Origin: Escherichia phage B9-1
Sequence record: OQ420740.1
Strand: one strand, 5' to 3'
Length of the DNA: 64,000 bases
Of this stretch, positions 54,482-63,594 are shown in pieces (the first letter of the stretch is position 1; each line of letters begins with the position of its first letter). Under the pieces are notes generated by a model. It was not told the DNA's origin. It did no database searches and was given only the letters and a program-made list of their open reading frames with translations. A program made the position numbers and the translations under genes.

Positions 54482-54745
54482 TCACCCTACAATCATGGCT
54501 TCAAAAGGTGTCATAAACGAATAAACAGCATCATCATCTGCTTCAGGGAATGCCCCCAAAGACTTCATGTCTGAGCCTTTGACAAATACAAGGTTTTGAT
54601 CAAAAGCTTCTTGGGGATCAATCCGATACATATCTTGTAGGATACCGCTTACCTCCTCATCAAGAGGCGAGTATGCTGTGCACGTTTTTCCAATCAAGCT
54701 TTGAGAATCAGGGTATCCACCTGAAGTTTTAAAATAAACAATCAT
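54482..54745 (-). CDS. Small protein, MKVK family member (87 aa)
   Basis: Track ORF; GYPDSQSLIGKTCTA and LVFVKGSDMKSLGA resemble 60256..60489. Confidence 0.55.
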   Translation of the reverse strand: MIVYFKTSGGYPDSQSLIGKTCTAYSPLDEEVSGILQDMYRIDPQEAFDQNLVFVKGSDMKSLGAFPEADDDAVYSFMTPFEAMIVG

Positions 54746-54837
54746 ATAGTATCACCTCTGGTAAGAGATGGGGATTCCTTTCCCACAAATAATTATAAAC
54801 ATTTCTTGTCGAGGAAAGTATTCCAACCCAAGCAGGA

Positions 54838-55107
54838 TTACTCTTCTACAACCTCATACACATCCGGAGTTACAATCAACTCCTCTCCATTACCCGGAGC
54901 AACAAACACTACCAAACCTTCCGGTGTGTGCTTTTTAGCCATCTCGATGACATCTTCTCGCAGAGCTGGCTCCATCAGATCAAAACCTTCACCCAGGGCA
55001 TCACGAACCACCTTCATGTAGTCAACTGGTTGTGCTTCAACGATCATGCCTTCAACCAGTCCACAGTTTTTGTCTGCCAGCTCAGTTTGGAATAATTTAA
55101 TTTTCAT
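54838..55107 (-). CDS. Small acidic protein, MKVK-like (89 aa)
   Basis: Track ORF; MKIKLF start, C-terminal YEVVEE. Confidence 0.55.
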   Translation of the reverse strand: MKIKLFQTELADKNCGLVEGMIVEAQPVDYMKVVRDALGEGFDLMEPALREDVIEMAKKHTPEGLVVFVAPGNGEELIVTPDVYEVVEE

Positions 55108-55250
55108 TTAGAGGTCTCCTCAATTATTTGATATTAATAGCCGTAACCTAACACATTAACTACAACTGCGATTGCAAACATAATTTCAAAGCATGCAATC
55201 TCTACATTTGGGATTAATTTCTTAATCGTGCCCATTGTAGCACCTCAATC

Positions 55251-55562
55251 TCAAAAGTCAATCTTTACTTTGCCTTTTCCCTTACCTTTCTTTCCACCAC
55301 ACTTAGCCAACTGGCGTGCTGCAACATCTACCATACGGTCAGTTGCCTCGTAAGCATCACTACCTTTAGCTTTGGCGATAACTTCTTTTCCAGAAGTGTC
55401 AAAAATGAAAGCCATAACTTCCTGGTGATCATTTTCAACTTTTACACTCACACGTGCATAGTTGGCAGAGGGGTGCAAACGCTCCAGCTTGGACATTTTG
55501 TTGGAAATGAAAGACACCATACCTTCAGTGATCTCTACGTTGCCAGTGATTTCAATTTGCAT
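55251..55562 (-). CDS. hpf: Ribosome hibernation-promoting factor / RaiA-like protein
   Basis: Track ORF 103 aa; MQIEITGNVEITEGM...KLERL...VKVEN...AKAKGSDAYEATDRMVDVAARQLAK closely matches the bacterial HPF/YfiA sequence pattern; lysine-rich tail. Confidence 0.75.
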   Translation of the reverse strand: MQIEITGNVEITEGMVSFISNKMSKLERLHPSANYARVSVKVENDHQEVMAFIFDTSGKEVIAKAKGSDAYEATDRMVDVAARQLAKCGGKKGKGKGKVKIDF

Positions 55563-55643
55563 AATGTGTTCCTTTTAAAGAAGAGGGACCAACCCCTCTT
55601 TGAAAACAATGATACTAAATCTGAAGCGTTGTGTCAACAGTTT

Positions 55644-55934
55644 TTACAACTTGTTGTCGATAGTTTTTAAAATATCTACTGCAAGATCTGCCATTTTACG
55701 AACATACTCTGCAAACTCAACAGGATCCTTGATCAATGAGTTCACAGGGTCATACCCTAAAGCGTTTAAAATGGCTACAGCATCCACGACCTTCTCATCA
55801 TTTGCGAAGATCTCACCGTCAAACTTGTAGGTCCATTTTGAGTCAATCTTGACATCGCAGGATTGGTCCATGCTTATTACACCATCTTTTTTAAACGATC
55901 CGGTGTTATCAGCGTCCAAAACTAAATCCATCAT
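55644..55934 (-). CDS. Hypothetical protein (96 aa)
   Basis: Track ORF. Confidence 0.55.
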   Translation of the reverse strand: MMDLVLDADNTGSFKKDGVISMDQSCDVKIDSKWTYKFDGEIFANDEKVVDAVAILNALGYDPVNSLIKDPVEFAEYVRKMADLAVDILKTIDNKL

Positions 55935-55951
55935 GTAAGCACCCCACTATT

Positions 55952-56350
55952 TCAGCTTATCTTTTCTTCAACAACCCCATAGCTTGGGGCAGAGTCAAGA
56001 GCTTTCTGGTTTAAAAGTGGTGTAGCAGAATCTGCAAACGGTGTCCAGGTTTTTGTTCTGGCATTCCAGTAATGCTTCACTCTGGAATCTGGATGCACTA
56101 TAACAAAAACTTTTTCACTTGTCAACACATTAATTTCTTCCACACCCTTACTGACAATTTCTCCGTCATAGCCTCCAGTCTGGTATCCTTCGTACCAGGT
56201 TCTTGCATAGGCATAGCCAGCCTGCCAGCATGCAGCCTCCTCCGAGGTGGAGACTACGTAGAAGTCTTTCTCAAATTCGGGGATACGACCTTGCTTTACG
56301 CTCCAAGCTCCGCGAATTTTCATTGTAACTTTGAACAGTTTATTTTTCAC
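55952..56350 (-). CDS. Hypothetical protein, paralogue of 53750..54145 (132 aa)
   Basis: Track ORF; HPDSRVKHYWNARTKTWTP motif. Confidence 0.55.
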   Translation of the reverse strand: MKNKLFKVTMKIRGAWSVKQGRIPEFEKDFYVVSTSEEAACWQAGYAYARTWYEGYQTGGYDGEIVSKGVEEINVLTSEKVFVIVHPDSRVKHYWNARTKTWTPFADSATPLLNQKALDSAPSYGVVEEKIS

Positions 56351-56362
56351 AACAGTTCCCCA

Positions 56363-56617
56363 TCACAGCTCTAAAATATCTGCATCTGACCCTGCCCCAA
56401 AGGCATAATACGAGTCCTCTCCGAAATAATATTCCGGGGCACCAGCCGCGATCAGGTCTGATCCCAAGATGAACACCACATTGTGGCCTACATGGCTGTG
56501 ATTTTGCCGCACAGGATCGTCCCACGGCAACCCTTCGAAGTATACAGCAGGTACTACCTTTCCTTTCAGGAAGGATTGTCCCAAGTAGACGTTAGAGTCA
56601 AGAATTTTAACCTTCAT
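56363..56617 (-). CDS. Small protein, MKVK family member (84 aa)
   Basis: Track ORF; MKVKILDSNVYLGQ...GSDLIAAGA. Confidence 0.55.
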   Translation of the reverse strand: MKVKILDSNVYLGQSFLKGKVVPAVYFEGLPWDDPVRQNHSHVGHNVVFILGSDLIAAGAPEYYFGEDSYYAFGAGSDADILEL

Positions 56618-56831
56618 GATCGTCCTCCACTATCTCCACATCCTCTCCTAGGGCAAAGTTGTAGGTCCACTGACTGTCAAAGCATTCCTGGGATGCACCA
56701 GCGGCAATAAGATCTGCACCTTTTATTTTTAAAAGGTCAGGATAATCTTCGTTAGGGATAGCGGTAAACACTTTCCCCACTAAGGGCTCCTGACCAATAT
56801 AGAAGCTTGAATCTAAAACTTTAACTTTCAT
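56607..56831 (-). CDS. Small protein, MKVK family member (74 aa)
   Basis: Track ORF; MKVKVLDSSFYIGQ...GADLIAAGA...VEIVEDD. Confidence 0.55.
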   Translation of the reverse strand: MKVKVLDSSFYIGQEPLVGKVFTAIPNEDYPDLLKIKGADLIAAGASQECFDSQWTYNFALGEDVEIVEDDHEG

Positions 56832-57115
56832 CAGCGGTCTCCATCGGGCGGTTGTGGAACGTAAACACTGTTACGAATCTCGTCAGCAGTGTAGTAACAA
56901 GTTTTACCCTCTCTGTCCCTGGCAGCAATGTATTCAGCTATACCAATAAGTGCCATAGCCTTGGTTGCGTATCTCTTAAGCTCGTTAGCTCCCCAGCAAA
57001 ATCTCTGCCAAAACGGTATGAAACCGAATAGGTACACTTTCTGTTTCACTATCCAATAAGTTCCTTTACAGATCACTTTAAACTCTGCAGCACTATTGCT
57101 AACACCATTGCTCAT
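56831..57115 (-). CDS. Hypothetical protein (94 aa)
   Basis: Track ORF. Confidence 0.55.
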   Translation of the reverse strand: MSNGVSNSAAEFKVICKGTYWIVKQKVYLFGFIPFWQRFCWGANELKRYATKAMALIGIAEYIAARDREGKTCYYTADEIRNSVYVPQPPDGDR

Positions 57116-57127
57116 TATCTTCTCCTT

Positions 57128-57412
57128 TTATTTTTCTGGGTTTGGCAGATATTGCACATTAGCAGGAGGAACACCGGATAGCTCCCAAACAACCATAGTG
57201 CTGTACCCTGGCACACTTCTAACATTTAAAAGAGTAGGAGCACCAACACATTTAAACTTCCTTTTCCCAAATCCGTTCTCCATCATAACCCAGTATCCGG
57301 TATCCTGATCACCGGGAATTTGTGTTCCATCATCGTCCACCCAGCGGACGGTCCATTTCGACACAGCAACAGCCTGGTATTTAAACTTTTTAAACCACTC
57401 GAACAGTTTCAT
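57128..57412 (-). CDS. Hypothetical protein (94 aa)
   Basis: Track ORF. Confidence 0.55.
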   Translation of the reverse strand: MKLFEWFKKFKYQAVAVSKWTVRWVDDDGTQIPGDQDTGYWVMMENGFGKRKFKCVGAPTLLNVRSVPGYSTMVVWELSGVPPANVQYLPNPEK

Positions 57413-57507
57413 AATTCAGCCTCGCATAGCCATGATAACTATAAACAGACAAAGAATGAATCCGAATGCCACGCCACCCATAAACGTTAATATTGATGCG
57501 ACCATAA

Positions 57508-57693
57508 TCAATCAGCCTCGTTTGGCAGCTCTTCCATTTTGACATGCCGGAAAGTGTTGCCGTAATAGTTGATCCATGACATCAGCTCACTTTCTTGCTC
57601 TTCCTCTGGGATGGACTCTCGAACGCTGACAAGTTTTAAGAAAACCCAATCACAATCCACCCCCATCCTACCAGACAGACAATAGTGCTTCAT
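57508..57693 (-). CDS. Hypothetical protein (61 aa)
   Basis: Track ORF. Confidence 0.45.
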   Translation of the reverse strand: MKHYCLSGRMGVDCDWVFLKLVSVRESIPEEEQESELMSWINYYGNTFRHVKMEELPNEAD

Positions 57694-57711
57694 AAAACCC
57701 TCCCGCCTGGT

Positions 57712-57906
57712 TTAGAATATTGCTTCTTCCATTGCACCTGAGAGCAACAAAGAGGTAATCTGGCTAACATTCATCTCAGACTCCACTTCCTCTCCTTTGA
57801 AAGGTTCGCGGCAGAATAGGACTGTTTCAGGATTTTTACTTCGAACAATATAATACAAATCATTCAAAGTGTTGTAGTAATAAGTGTTAAAATGTAAGTT
57901 TTTCAT
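57712..57906 (-). CDS. Hypothetical protein (64 aa)
   Basis: Track ORF; overlaps upstream stop. Confidence 0.45.
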   Translation of the reverse strand: MKNLHFNTYYYNTLNDLYYIVRSKNPETVLFCREPFKGEEVESEMNVSQITSLLLSGAMEEAIF

Positions 57907-58190
57907 TTTCTAGTCCCCTTTTTAGATTTTTGTGCAGAAACGCTTTCTGCAATACGAGACAGGCGTTCTTCTGAAGCTTTACCTACCCCAGGTTTCTTGA
58001 GCGGGTTATCTTTATGACCGCAATCCAATTGGATGCTAGATACATCCCCAACCTTGTAAGTCAATTCTAGCAAAAGGTTGTCGTCCTTGTCAAATGTTTT
58101 TACGATAAATTTTTTATCGTCCTCCTTAACTTCATATCTAGTACCTGCAGTATACAGCATGGTGCCATCAGCGTAGGATATCCAGATCAT
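57903..58190 (-). CDS. Hypothetical protein (95 aa)
   Basis: Track ORF. Confidence 0.55.
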   Translation of the reverse strand: MIWISYADGTMLYTAGTRYEVKEDDKKFIVKTFDKDDNLLLELTYKVGDVSSIQLDCGHKDNPLKKPGVGKASEERLSRIAESVSAQKSKKGTRK

Positions 58191-58534
58191 TGCACCTCCT
58201 TCTGCTGCAACAGCATCAACTCTTTGTTGGAAATCTTTACTGCTGTCTTTATTGTCCCATCTTCACGGAACCACGACCAGAATTCTACAGTATCACCACT
58301 ATCAAGCAAGGCATGACCATGGTAAAAATCTTTGTCCTTAGACAGTTTCTCATCTATATCTGCATCGACACATTCGTGATCCATAGCATTCTGCCTGAAT
58401 GCATCGGTTATACCAATACACGCCTTGCTCTCAAGACTGGTATACCCAATATCTTTTAATTCAGTTTCCCAAGTCCAGTATCCTACAAAAGCTACAACAG
58501 CCACCCACATTAATATCGATTTAATCTTTGACAT
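58187..58534 (-). CDS. Putative membrane-anchored/secreted protein (115 aa)
   Basis: Track ORF; N-terminal hydrophobic ILMWVAVVAFVGYWTW. Confidence 0.55.
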   Translation of the reverse strand: MSKIKSILMWVAVVAFVGYWTWETELKDIGYTSLESKACIGITDAFRQNAMDHECVDADIDEKLSKDKDFYHGHALLDSGDTVEFWSWFREDGTIKTAVKISNKELMLLQQKEVQ

Positions 58535-58594
58535 TCTCTCTACCTCTTTCTTAGTTTATTTAATCATGGCACATCCTTTGTGCCATAATGCACA

Positions 58595-59056
58595 TTACTT
58601 AAACAACAGTTCAAAATAGTGCAAAATTAACAGAAGTTGAATTACGCCTAGCACAACGGCGAGTATGTTGATCTTAGAATCAAAAAACTTCTTAACTTTT
58701 ACCCTAAAAGGCTCCTTAATGTCCTTTACGATCCTATTTATAGATGATTTCATATCCCTGATTACCATCCTAAACATTAGGGACGGATCTTCCTTCTCTG
58801 TAACGGAATCGAAAACATACTCTCTTCGGTCATAAGGACCTCCAGATCTGCGTATTAACCTCTCCACAGATACCTCGTACGACACACCTGTAACGTAATC
58901 ATCTATGACAAGTAGTGACGGATCTTTATCGTCCAAAGGTATCAAAGTTATCTTTCCAGATTTTGTTAAAATTTCTCCTTTTTCAAGCAGTGTGTACCAA
59001 TGCTCTCTACCAAGGTTGTTGAGGCACGTTTTTACATATTTAACAAACATCGTCAC
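58595..59056 (-). CDS. Hypothetical protein with C-terminal hydrophobic anchor (153 aa)
   Basis: Track ORF; C-terminus ILAVVLGVIQLLLILHYFELLFK. Confidence 0.55.
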   Translation of the reverse strand: MTMFVKYVKTCLNNLGREHWYTLLEKGEILTKSGKITLIPLDDKDPSLLVIDDYVTGVSYEVSVERLIRRSGGPYDRREYVFDSVTEKEDPSLMFRMVIRDMKSSINRIVKDIKEPFRVKVKKFFDSKINILAVVLGVIQLLLILHYFELLFK

Positions 59057-59256
59057 CCCTCATCGCACGTCTGATATAGCCATTCTATGAAATCTTGATA
59101 CCACTCTCCCTCTGAGCGCTCCGTAGGCCAATAATCTTCCCCCTCTCTTGCATTAAAATCTGAGTATTCAACTTTCCACTCCTTTACCAGCTCGTGGAGA
59201 AGGTTTTCAGCCTGTTCTAAGGATTTATTTTTTGTCATTACTGTCCCCTTTTTCAA
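59053..59256 (-). CDS. Hypothetical protein (67 aa)
   Basis: Track ORF. Confidence 0.5.
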   Translation of the reverse strand: MKKGTVMTKNKSLEQAENLLHELVKEWKVEYSDFNAREGEDYWPTERSEGEWYQDFIEWLYQTCDEG

Positions 59257-59458
59257 GATAATTATACATCAGTGCCGCACCACCCAAAATGGCTACCAGC
59301 AGTAATACCCCAGAGAGCATTTCAATAAACATGGCTTGAAACATTAGAAGGCCCCCTCTAATTTCACGCACCATTTTAAATACATATTCTTTTCCCATAA
59401 AGGTGCCCGGCTAAGATCTGCGTAGAACGCAATCTCTTTAAGAACAGTATAAACAGTT

Positions 59459-59695
59459 TTAGGTGCGGTATCCATCCCTACTCTCCTTTTTCTCCTTACG
59501 GGTATTCTTGTGGTAATCAACTAGGCACATTATTACGATGAAGATAACAACAGGCCAAAAGGGCGCAGCAGTGATGATGGTGATAAAATCATCAAACTTC
59601 ACCCTTCGTGTAGACACGATGCATATACCTGCCAAGATTACTGCTGTTATAACAGCTACTACCAGGTAACCTATCAGCACAGCATCTATACTCAT
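59459..59695 (-). CDS. Putative membrane protein (78 aa)
   Basis: Track ORF; two hydrophobic helices. Confidence 0.5.
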   Translation of the reverse strand: MSIDAVLIGYLVVAVITAVILAGICIVSTRRVKFDDFITIITAAPFWPVVIFIVIMCLVDYHKNTRKEKKESRDGYRT

Positions 59696-59713
59696 TGGCT
59701 CCTCCTTTGTAGG

Positions 59714-60259
59714 TTAAATTGTACACTGCAGGTGGTTGCCGAGGGTGTCAAGAAAATTATCCCGTTCTTTCTCAGAGTTTTCACGGGTGTAGCTGAAAAA
59801 CATATCTAGAATAACCTTATTGATATATTCCAGCTCCTCTGTGTTCAGGTACTTAGCAGGATCTACAATGACATCCCAAATATCATACAAACCGCACTCA
59901 TGATACCCCCAACGCCACTCAATTGTCAAACTGAGCGGCAAATCTTTACCATCACAAACAACCTTCCATCTACAGATGTTGGTATCTGGACGTACCTGTG
60001 CACGGTATACCTGTACAAAATCCAATTTGAATTTGAGGTACTCGTCATACAATTTAAGTACAAAACTCTCGATTTGTGGAGACACTTTTGCAGCAAACTG
60101 TGCGTATTTGTACTTGCACTGGATGATCTTTCTGCGTTTTGCAGTTAAATTTTTTGCAGCCAGTTGTTCTTCAGTGTATCTCCACCTACGATCAACAAAC
60201 GCAACAGGGTCTTTGTCCCCATAGAGGTCTTCCCAGTTAATCAGAAGCATACCTGTCAC
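59714..60259 (-). CDS. Hypothetical protein (181 aa)
   Basis: Track ORF. Confidence 0.6.
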   Translation of the reverse strand: MTGMLLINWEDLYGDKDPVAFVDRRWRYTEEQLAAKNLTAKRRKIIQCKYKYAQFAAKVSPQIESFVLKLYDEYLKFKLDFVQVYRAQVRPDTNICRWKVVCDGKDLPLSLTIEWRWGYHECGLYDIWDVIVDPAKYLNTEELEYINKVILDMFFSYTRENSEKERDNFLDTLGNHLQCTI

Positions 60260-60489
60260 TCCTCCACAACTTCAAGGCCTTTGCCGCCTCGTTCTGGTAG
60301 ATTACTTAAAGACAGGTAATACGTATAGTCAGGAGAGATCCTGCCAGACTCTGCACCTGCAGCTAGTAAATCTTTTCCCTTAACCATGACAACATTATCG
60401 TTTGCAGATAGCCGTTTTGCTTCCACAATTTTACCAACGCAGTCAACCAAGGAAGGGTACCCTAAATCTGTAAGAAATTTAACTTTCAT
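60256..60489 (-). CDS. Small protein, MKVK family member (77 aa)
   Basis: Track ORF; MKVKFLTDLGYPSLVDCVGKIVEA...KGKDLLAAGA...LEVVEE. Confidence 0.55.
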   Translation of the reverse strand: MKVKFLTDLGYPSLVDCVGKIVEAKRLSANDNVVMVKGKDLLAAGAESGRISPDYTYYLSLSNLPERGGKGLEVVEE

Positions 60490-60528
60490 GCTACCTCCTG
60501 CTTTTACCGTCCCTGGTAAGATAAATTA

Positions 60529-60927
60529 TTACTGAACAGATCGCGGAGCTGGGAAGGATAACTCTTCTAAAGAGAAGATTTCATTTCCCACAATCCATGT
60601 TGCCGGATCATCCGGGTTGACTGGATAGATAATCATCACCTCGTCCGTGTTACATACTCGCTTTTTACCTGTGGAGTTATCAGCAACTAGCATGCGAGGC
60701 TCTTCAGAGATACACAAGTATCCACCACGTCCAACTGTCCCTTCTACAGGATCCTGGCCTTTTATCACGATGAATATCTTCTCTCCTGAGGTGATATTAC
60801 CTTGCACACTCACCGTTTGACCAACCTTGGATGTGCCAATCTTAGTGACTTCGAACATTACATCACGGATAACTGTTGCATAGTTACCAGAGACTTTCTT
60901 ACCTTCTTCAGTAATCTCAATCTTCAT
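60529..60927 (-). CDS. Hypothetical protein (132 aa)
   Basis: Track ORF. Confidence 0.55.
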   Translation of the reverse strand: MKIEITEEGKKVSGNYATVIRDVMFEVTKIGTSKVGQTVSVQGNITSGEKIFIVIKGQDPVEGTVGRGGYLCISEEPRMLVADNSTGKKRVCNTDEVMIIYPVNPDDPATWIVGNEIFSLEELSFPAPRSVQ

Positions 60928-61190
60928 AATCTAGGCTCCTTAAATGAATCTATATAGTCAATTAAATCCCAAGCATCCCTATGACCTGTCAGAGGGTATA
61001 CTTCTCCAAGAGGGATCATAGCAATAAGCCTATCAAAAACCCAGTCTGGACGCAACATTTTATGATGATATTCCCACTCACCTTCCACAGATTTTTTCTG
61101 AGTGATCAGAATCTCTGTGTAGTGTTTTGCCTGTCTTGAGTAAATTGAAAATGACTTATACATAGATGACCCCCCTCTTGTTGAAAACAA
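60924..61190 (-). CDS. Hypothetical protein (88 aa)
   Basis: Track ORF. Confidence 0.5.
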   Translation of the reverse strand: MFSTRGGSSMYKSFSIYSRQAKHYTEILITQKKSVEGEWEYHHKMLRPDWVFDRLIAMIPLGEVYPLTGHRDAWDLIDYIDSFKEPRL

Positions 61191-61199
61191 AATACACTA

Positions 61200-61484
61200 C
61201 TACCAGGTCACTGTCAAGTAGGCAACTGTGTTATTTTTCTCCGGGGAGATGCCAACAACATCCACCTGCAGACCTCCTGCCCTCAAATCCCCAACGATGT
61301 GTGGGAAGTAGTCTGAGAGGTGTGATGGAAGATTTATCGAAAATCCGCATCCCAGAAAGCCTGCTAACGCCTTATTTTGTATCTCCCCTACAATCGCATC
61401 ATAAATGGAGTTAAGCTCGTCAGGGAGAGTTACAGGACGTTTTAGCGCTAACTGGTGCAACTTGTCCTTAGCACTCATTTTCAT
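61200..61484 (-). CDS. Hypothetical protein (~94 aa)
   Basis: Track ORF 61200..61553; internal ATG at 61484 gives an ATGA overlap with the upstream stop and avoids a 73-nt overlap. Confidence 0.5.
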   Translation of the reverse strand: MKMSAKDKLHQLALKRPVTLPDELNSIYDAIVGEIQNKALAGFLGCGFSINLPSHLSDYFPHIVGDLRAGGLQVDVVGISPEKNNTVAYLTVTW

Positions 61485-62014
61485 TTCAAGTCTGCCTCCG
61501 GAGGTGCCAACCACATAAATGGTGGTAGGTCTAAACGGTTCTTCTTGTCCCACACAAAATATGCATATGCTTGCCCGTCAGTTCTGCCATTCGATTGGAA
61601 TGATGGACGCTTAGATATTGTGATCACAGTGGTAGGGGCATTATCAAGCCACCATTCAAATCTGGCCTTGCTTTCCAGAAAATTAAGACGCAAAAGCATA
61701 ATAACTACGTCGGCATCTTTCAACGCCTTGTCCACAAACTCACGAGCCAGGCTGTACGGCGGGTTGGTGATAATACAGTCAACATGGTTGTATTCTGTAT
61801 TCAGATAGTCAACACCTTCTTGGATTTCTCCCCATGCAGATCCTAACGGCATACGGGAGTAGAACACACCTGAGGCGCTATTCCTGCAAGGCTCCAAATA
61901 GGTCCAATCTTCTGGGAACGGGATGAGGTCATACAACCCTTCTGCACACCACTCTGGTGTCACATATTCATCATAGGCGTTACGTTGTTCGTCAGGTTTT
62001 CTAGCACAAGTCAT
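61481..62014 (-). CDS. Small phage Dam-like DNA N6-adenine methyltransferase
   Basis: Track ORF 177 aa; catalytic motif DCIITNPPYS; size fits the short phage Dam family. Confidence 0.7.
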   Translation of the reverse strand: MTCARKPDEQRNAYDEYVTPEWCAEGLYDLIPFPEDWTYLEPCRNSASGVFYSRMPLGSAWGEIQEGVDYLNTEYNHVDCIITNPPYSLAREFVDKALKDADVVIMLLRLNFLESKARFEWWLDNAPTTVITISKRPSFQSNGRTDGQAYAYFVWDKKNRLDLPPFMWLAPPEADLK

Positions 62015-62065
62015 GCAAATCTCCAGATCATAAAAGCCCTCCGAAGAGGGCTTTAAGATTAATGT

Positions 62066-63115
62066 TTAAGCTTCTTCGATAATTCCTGCGCCCAGGATTT
62101 TTTCATTGAGCTCTTTTGCTGTTTTAATAATATTGTCCACCAGACGCTTGCGGGTCTTATCTTTAACCTGAACTTCTTCACCTCCGTTCAGGGTGGTTTT
62201 CAATTGGGACAAAATGTCCTGAAGCTCTACCACAGAGAATCGCTGCAGATCTTCCGAGGTAATCTCACCCAGTGCAATCTTAACGGTCTCACCACTCTCC
62301 ATCTGCAGATTCAGGAACACAGTGTGAACATCACCTTTCATACCATTTGCTTTTGCAGACTCAACAGCGTGAACCAGCTCGTCCAGAGATGTGCATTGGT
62401 GAATCTCTGGCAGGCCTGCTTCGCCTAGCACACCTTCTTCATCACTTTTTGCCAAAAGCTTTTTCGGTTTCTGCCCATTCTGAATGCGCTGAATGTTTTC
62501 ATCGTCCAGAATGATAGCACCAGTTCGAGCTGCCAGCTCTTCTCCATCCAACCACACTTCTCCACCAGCCGTGATGGATGCGATCTCATCTTCTGTCAGA
62601 ACCCCACCGTAGTATTTTTCGATCAGGCGTTCAAAACGTTTCTTCCAGTAGTTGACCTGAGTATTCATGTTCACACCGTTGCCATAGGTGCCACCTTGAT
62701 AGTAGTGGAACATAAACTCTGTGTCCGGAGCCACAGTTCGTTCTTTGCAACCCAGCCATAAGATTGTTCCTGCTGAGCAGCACATCCCTTCAGCGTGTAC
62801 AACAACGCTTGCCTGAGACTCGCGGAATGCCTGCAAATACGCCATGGCAATGTGGACACAACCACCAGGGCTGTTAACAATTACACGGATACTTTCTTCC
62901 GGCTGTGCCATACGAATTGTTTGCAAACGGGACATATGATCCTGCAAATCATCAAGATCGTCAATATAAAGCACGTGGTCAACAACTGGCGTTGGGTAGC
63001 TGTATGTTTCCATAATACCACCGGGCATACCAAACATTTTATTACTCATCGGTTCGAAGCCGTTCTGTTTTTCTTTCATGCCGTGTACCATGGTGCTGCG
63101 AGGTGTTAAATTCAT
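62066..63115 (-). CDS. ClpP-like serine protease with C-terminal extension
   Basis: Track ORF 349 aa; VNSPGG, catalytic Ser in GMCCSAGT, His in FMFHYYQGG; ~150-aa acidic C-terminal extension. Confidence 0.7.
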   Translation of the reverse strand: MNLTPRSTMVHGMKEKQNGFEPMSNKMFGMPGGIMETYSYPTPVVDHVLYIDDLDDLQDHMSRLQTIRMAQPEESIRVIVNSPGGCVHIAMAYLQAFRESQASVVVHAEGMCCSAGTILWLGCKERTVAPDTEFMFHYYQGGTYGNGVNMNTQVNYWKKRFERLIEKYYGGVLTEDEIASITAGGEVWLDGEELAARTGAIILDDENIQRIQNGQKPKKLLAKSDEEGVLGEAGLPEIHQCTSLDELVHAVESAKANGMKGDVHTVFLNLQMESGETVKIALGEITSEDLQRFSVVELQDILSQLKTTLNGGEEVQVKDKTRKRLVDNIIKTAKELNEKILGAGIIEEA

Positions 63116-63184
63116 GTGAGGTCCTTAATGTTGGAAAGTTAAAAGCGATCAAGCGATCTATTTAAACCTGATTCTCATTTGCCT

Positions 63185-63496
63185 TTATTTAGCAATTACC
63201 ATGGAATACTTACAATTGTCAGAAGCATCACAGGTCAACGATTGCCAGTCTACCACATACCACGTGTCATTGTCAACAATTACTTTATCCCCTGTTCTGT
63301 AAAATGTGTTGCTTTCAATAACACGGGACTCAGTGAAGAATCGGTGTCTTCGCTCACGTAGTAGCGCCAAGTTGATTATGTTACCACCGCTGTCCTTAAT
63401 CCACACATTCTTGTATCCTTTGTTTGCCAAAATTGTCTCACCGTTATAGACAAATAGGCAGTATATCTTATTCAGTCTCTCTTGTATTGTAGCCAT
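63185..63496 (-). CDS. Hypothetical protein (103 aa)
   Basis: Track ORF; leftward promoter upstream. Confidence 0.55.
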   Translation of the reverse strand: MATIQERLNKIYCLFVYNGETILANKGYKNVWIKDSGGNIINLALLRERRHRFFTESRVIESNTFYRTGDKVIVDNDTWYVVDWQSLTCDASDNCKYSMVIAK

Positions 63497-63521
63497 ACTG
63501 TCATTCTCCTTTTTTTGTTCG

Positions 63522-63550
63522 ATAATACCTAAAACTTATCTGTTTGTCAA
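63522..63550 (-). promoter_or_regulatory. sigma70-type promoter on minus strand
   Basis: Minus strand reads TTGACA (plus 63545-63550), 17-bp spacer, TATTAT (plus 63522-63527); upstream of 63185..63496. Confidence 0.55.
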
Positions 63551-63594
63551 TAATTGTTTTAGATATTTAAGGGTGGAATAACCACCCTTCTGTA

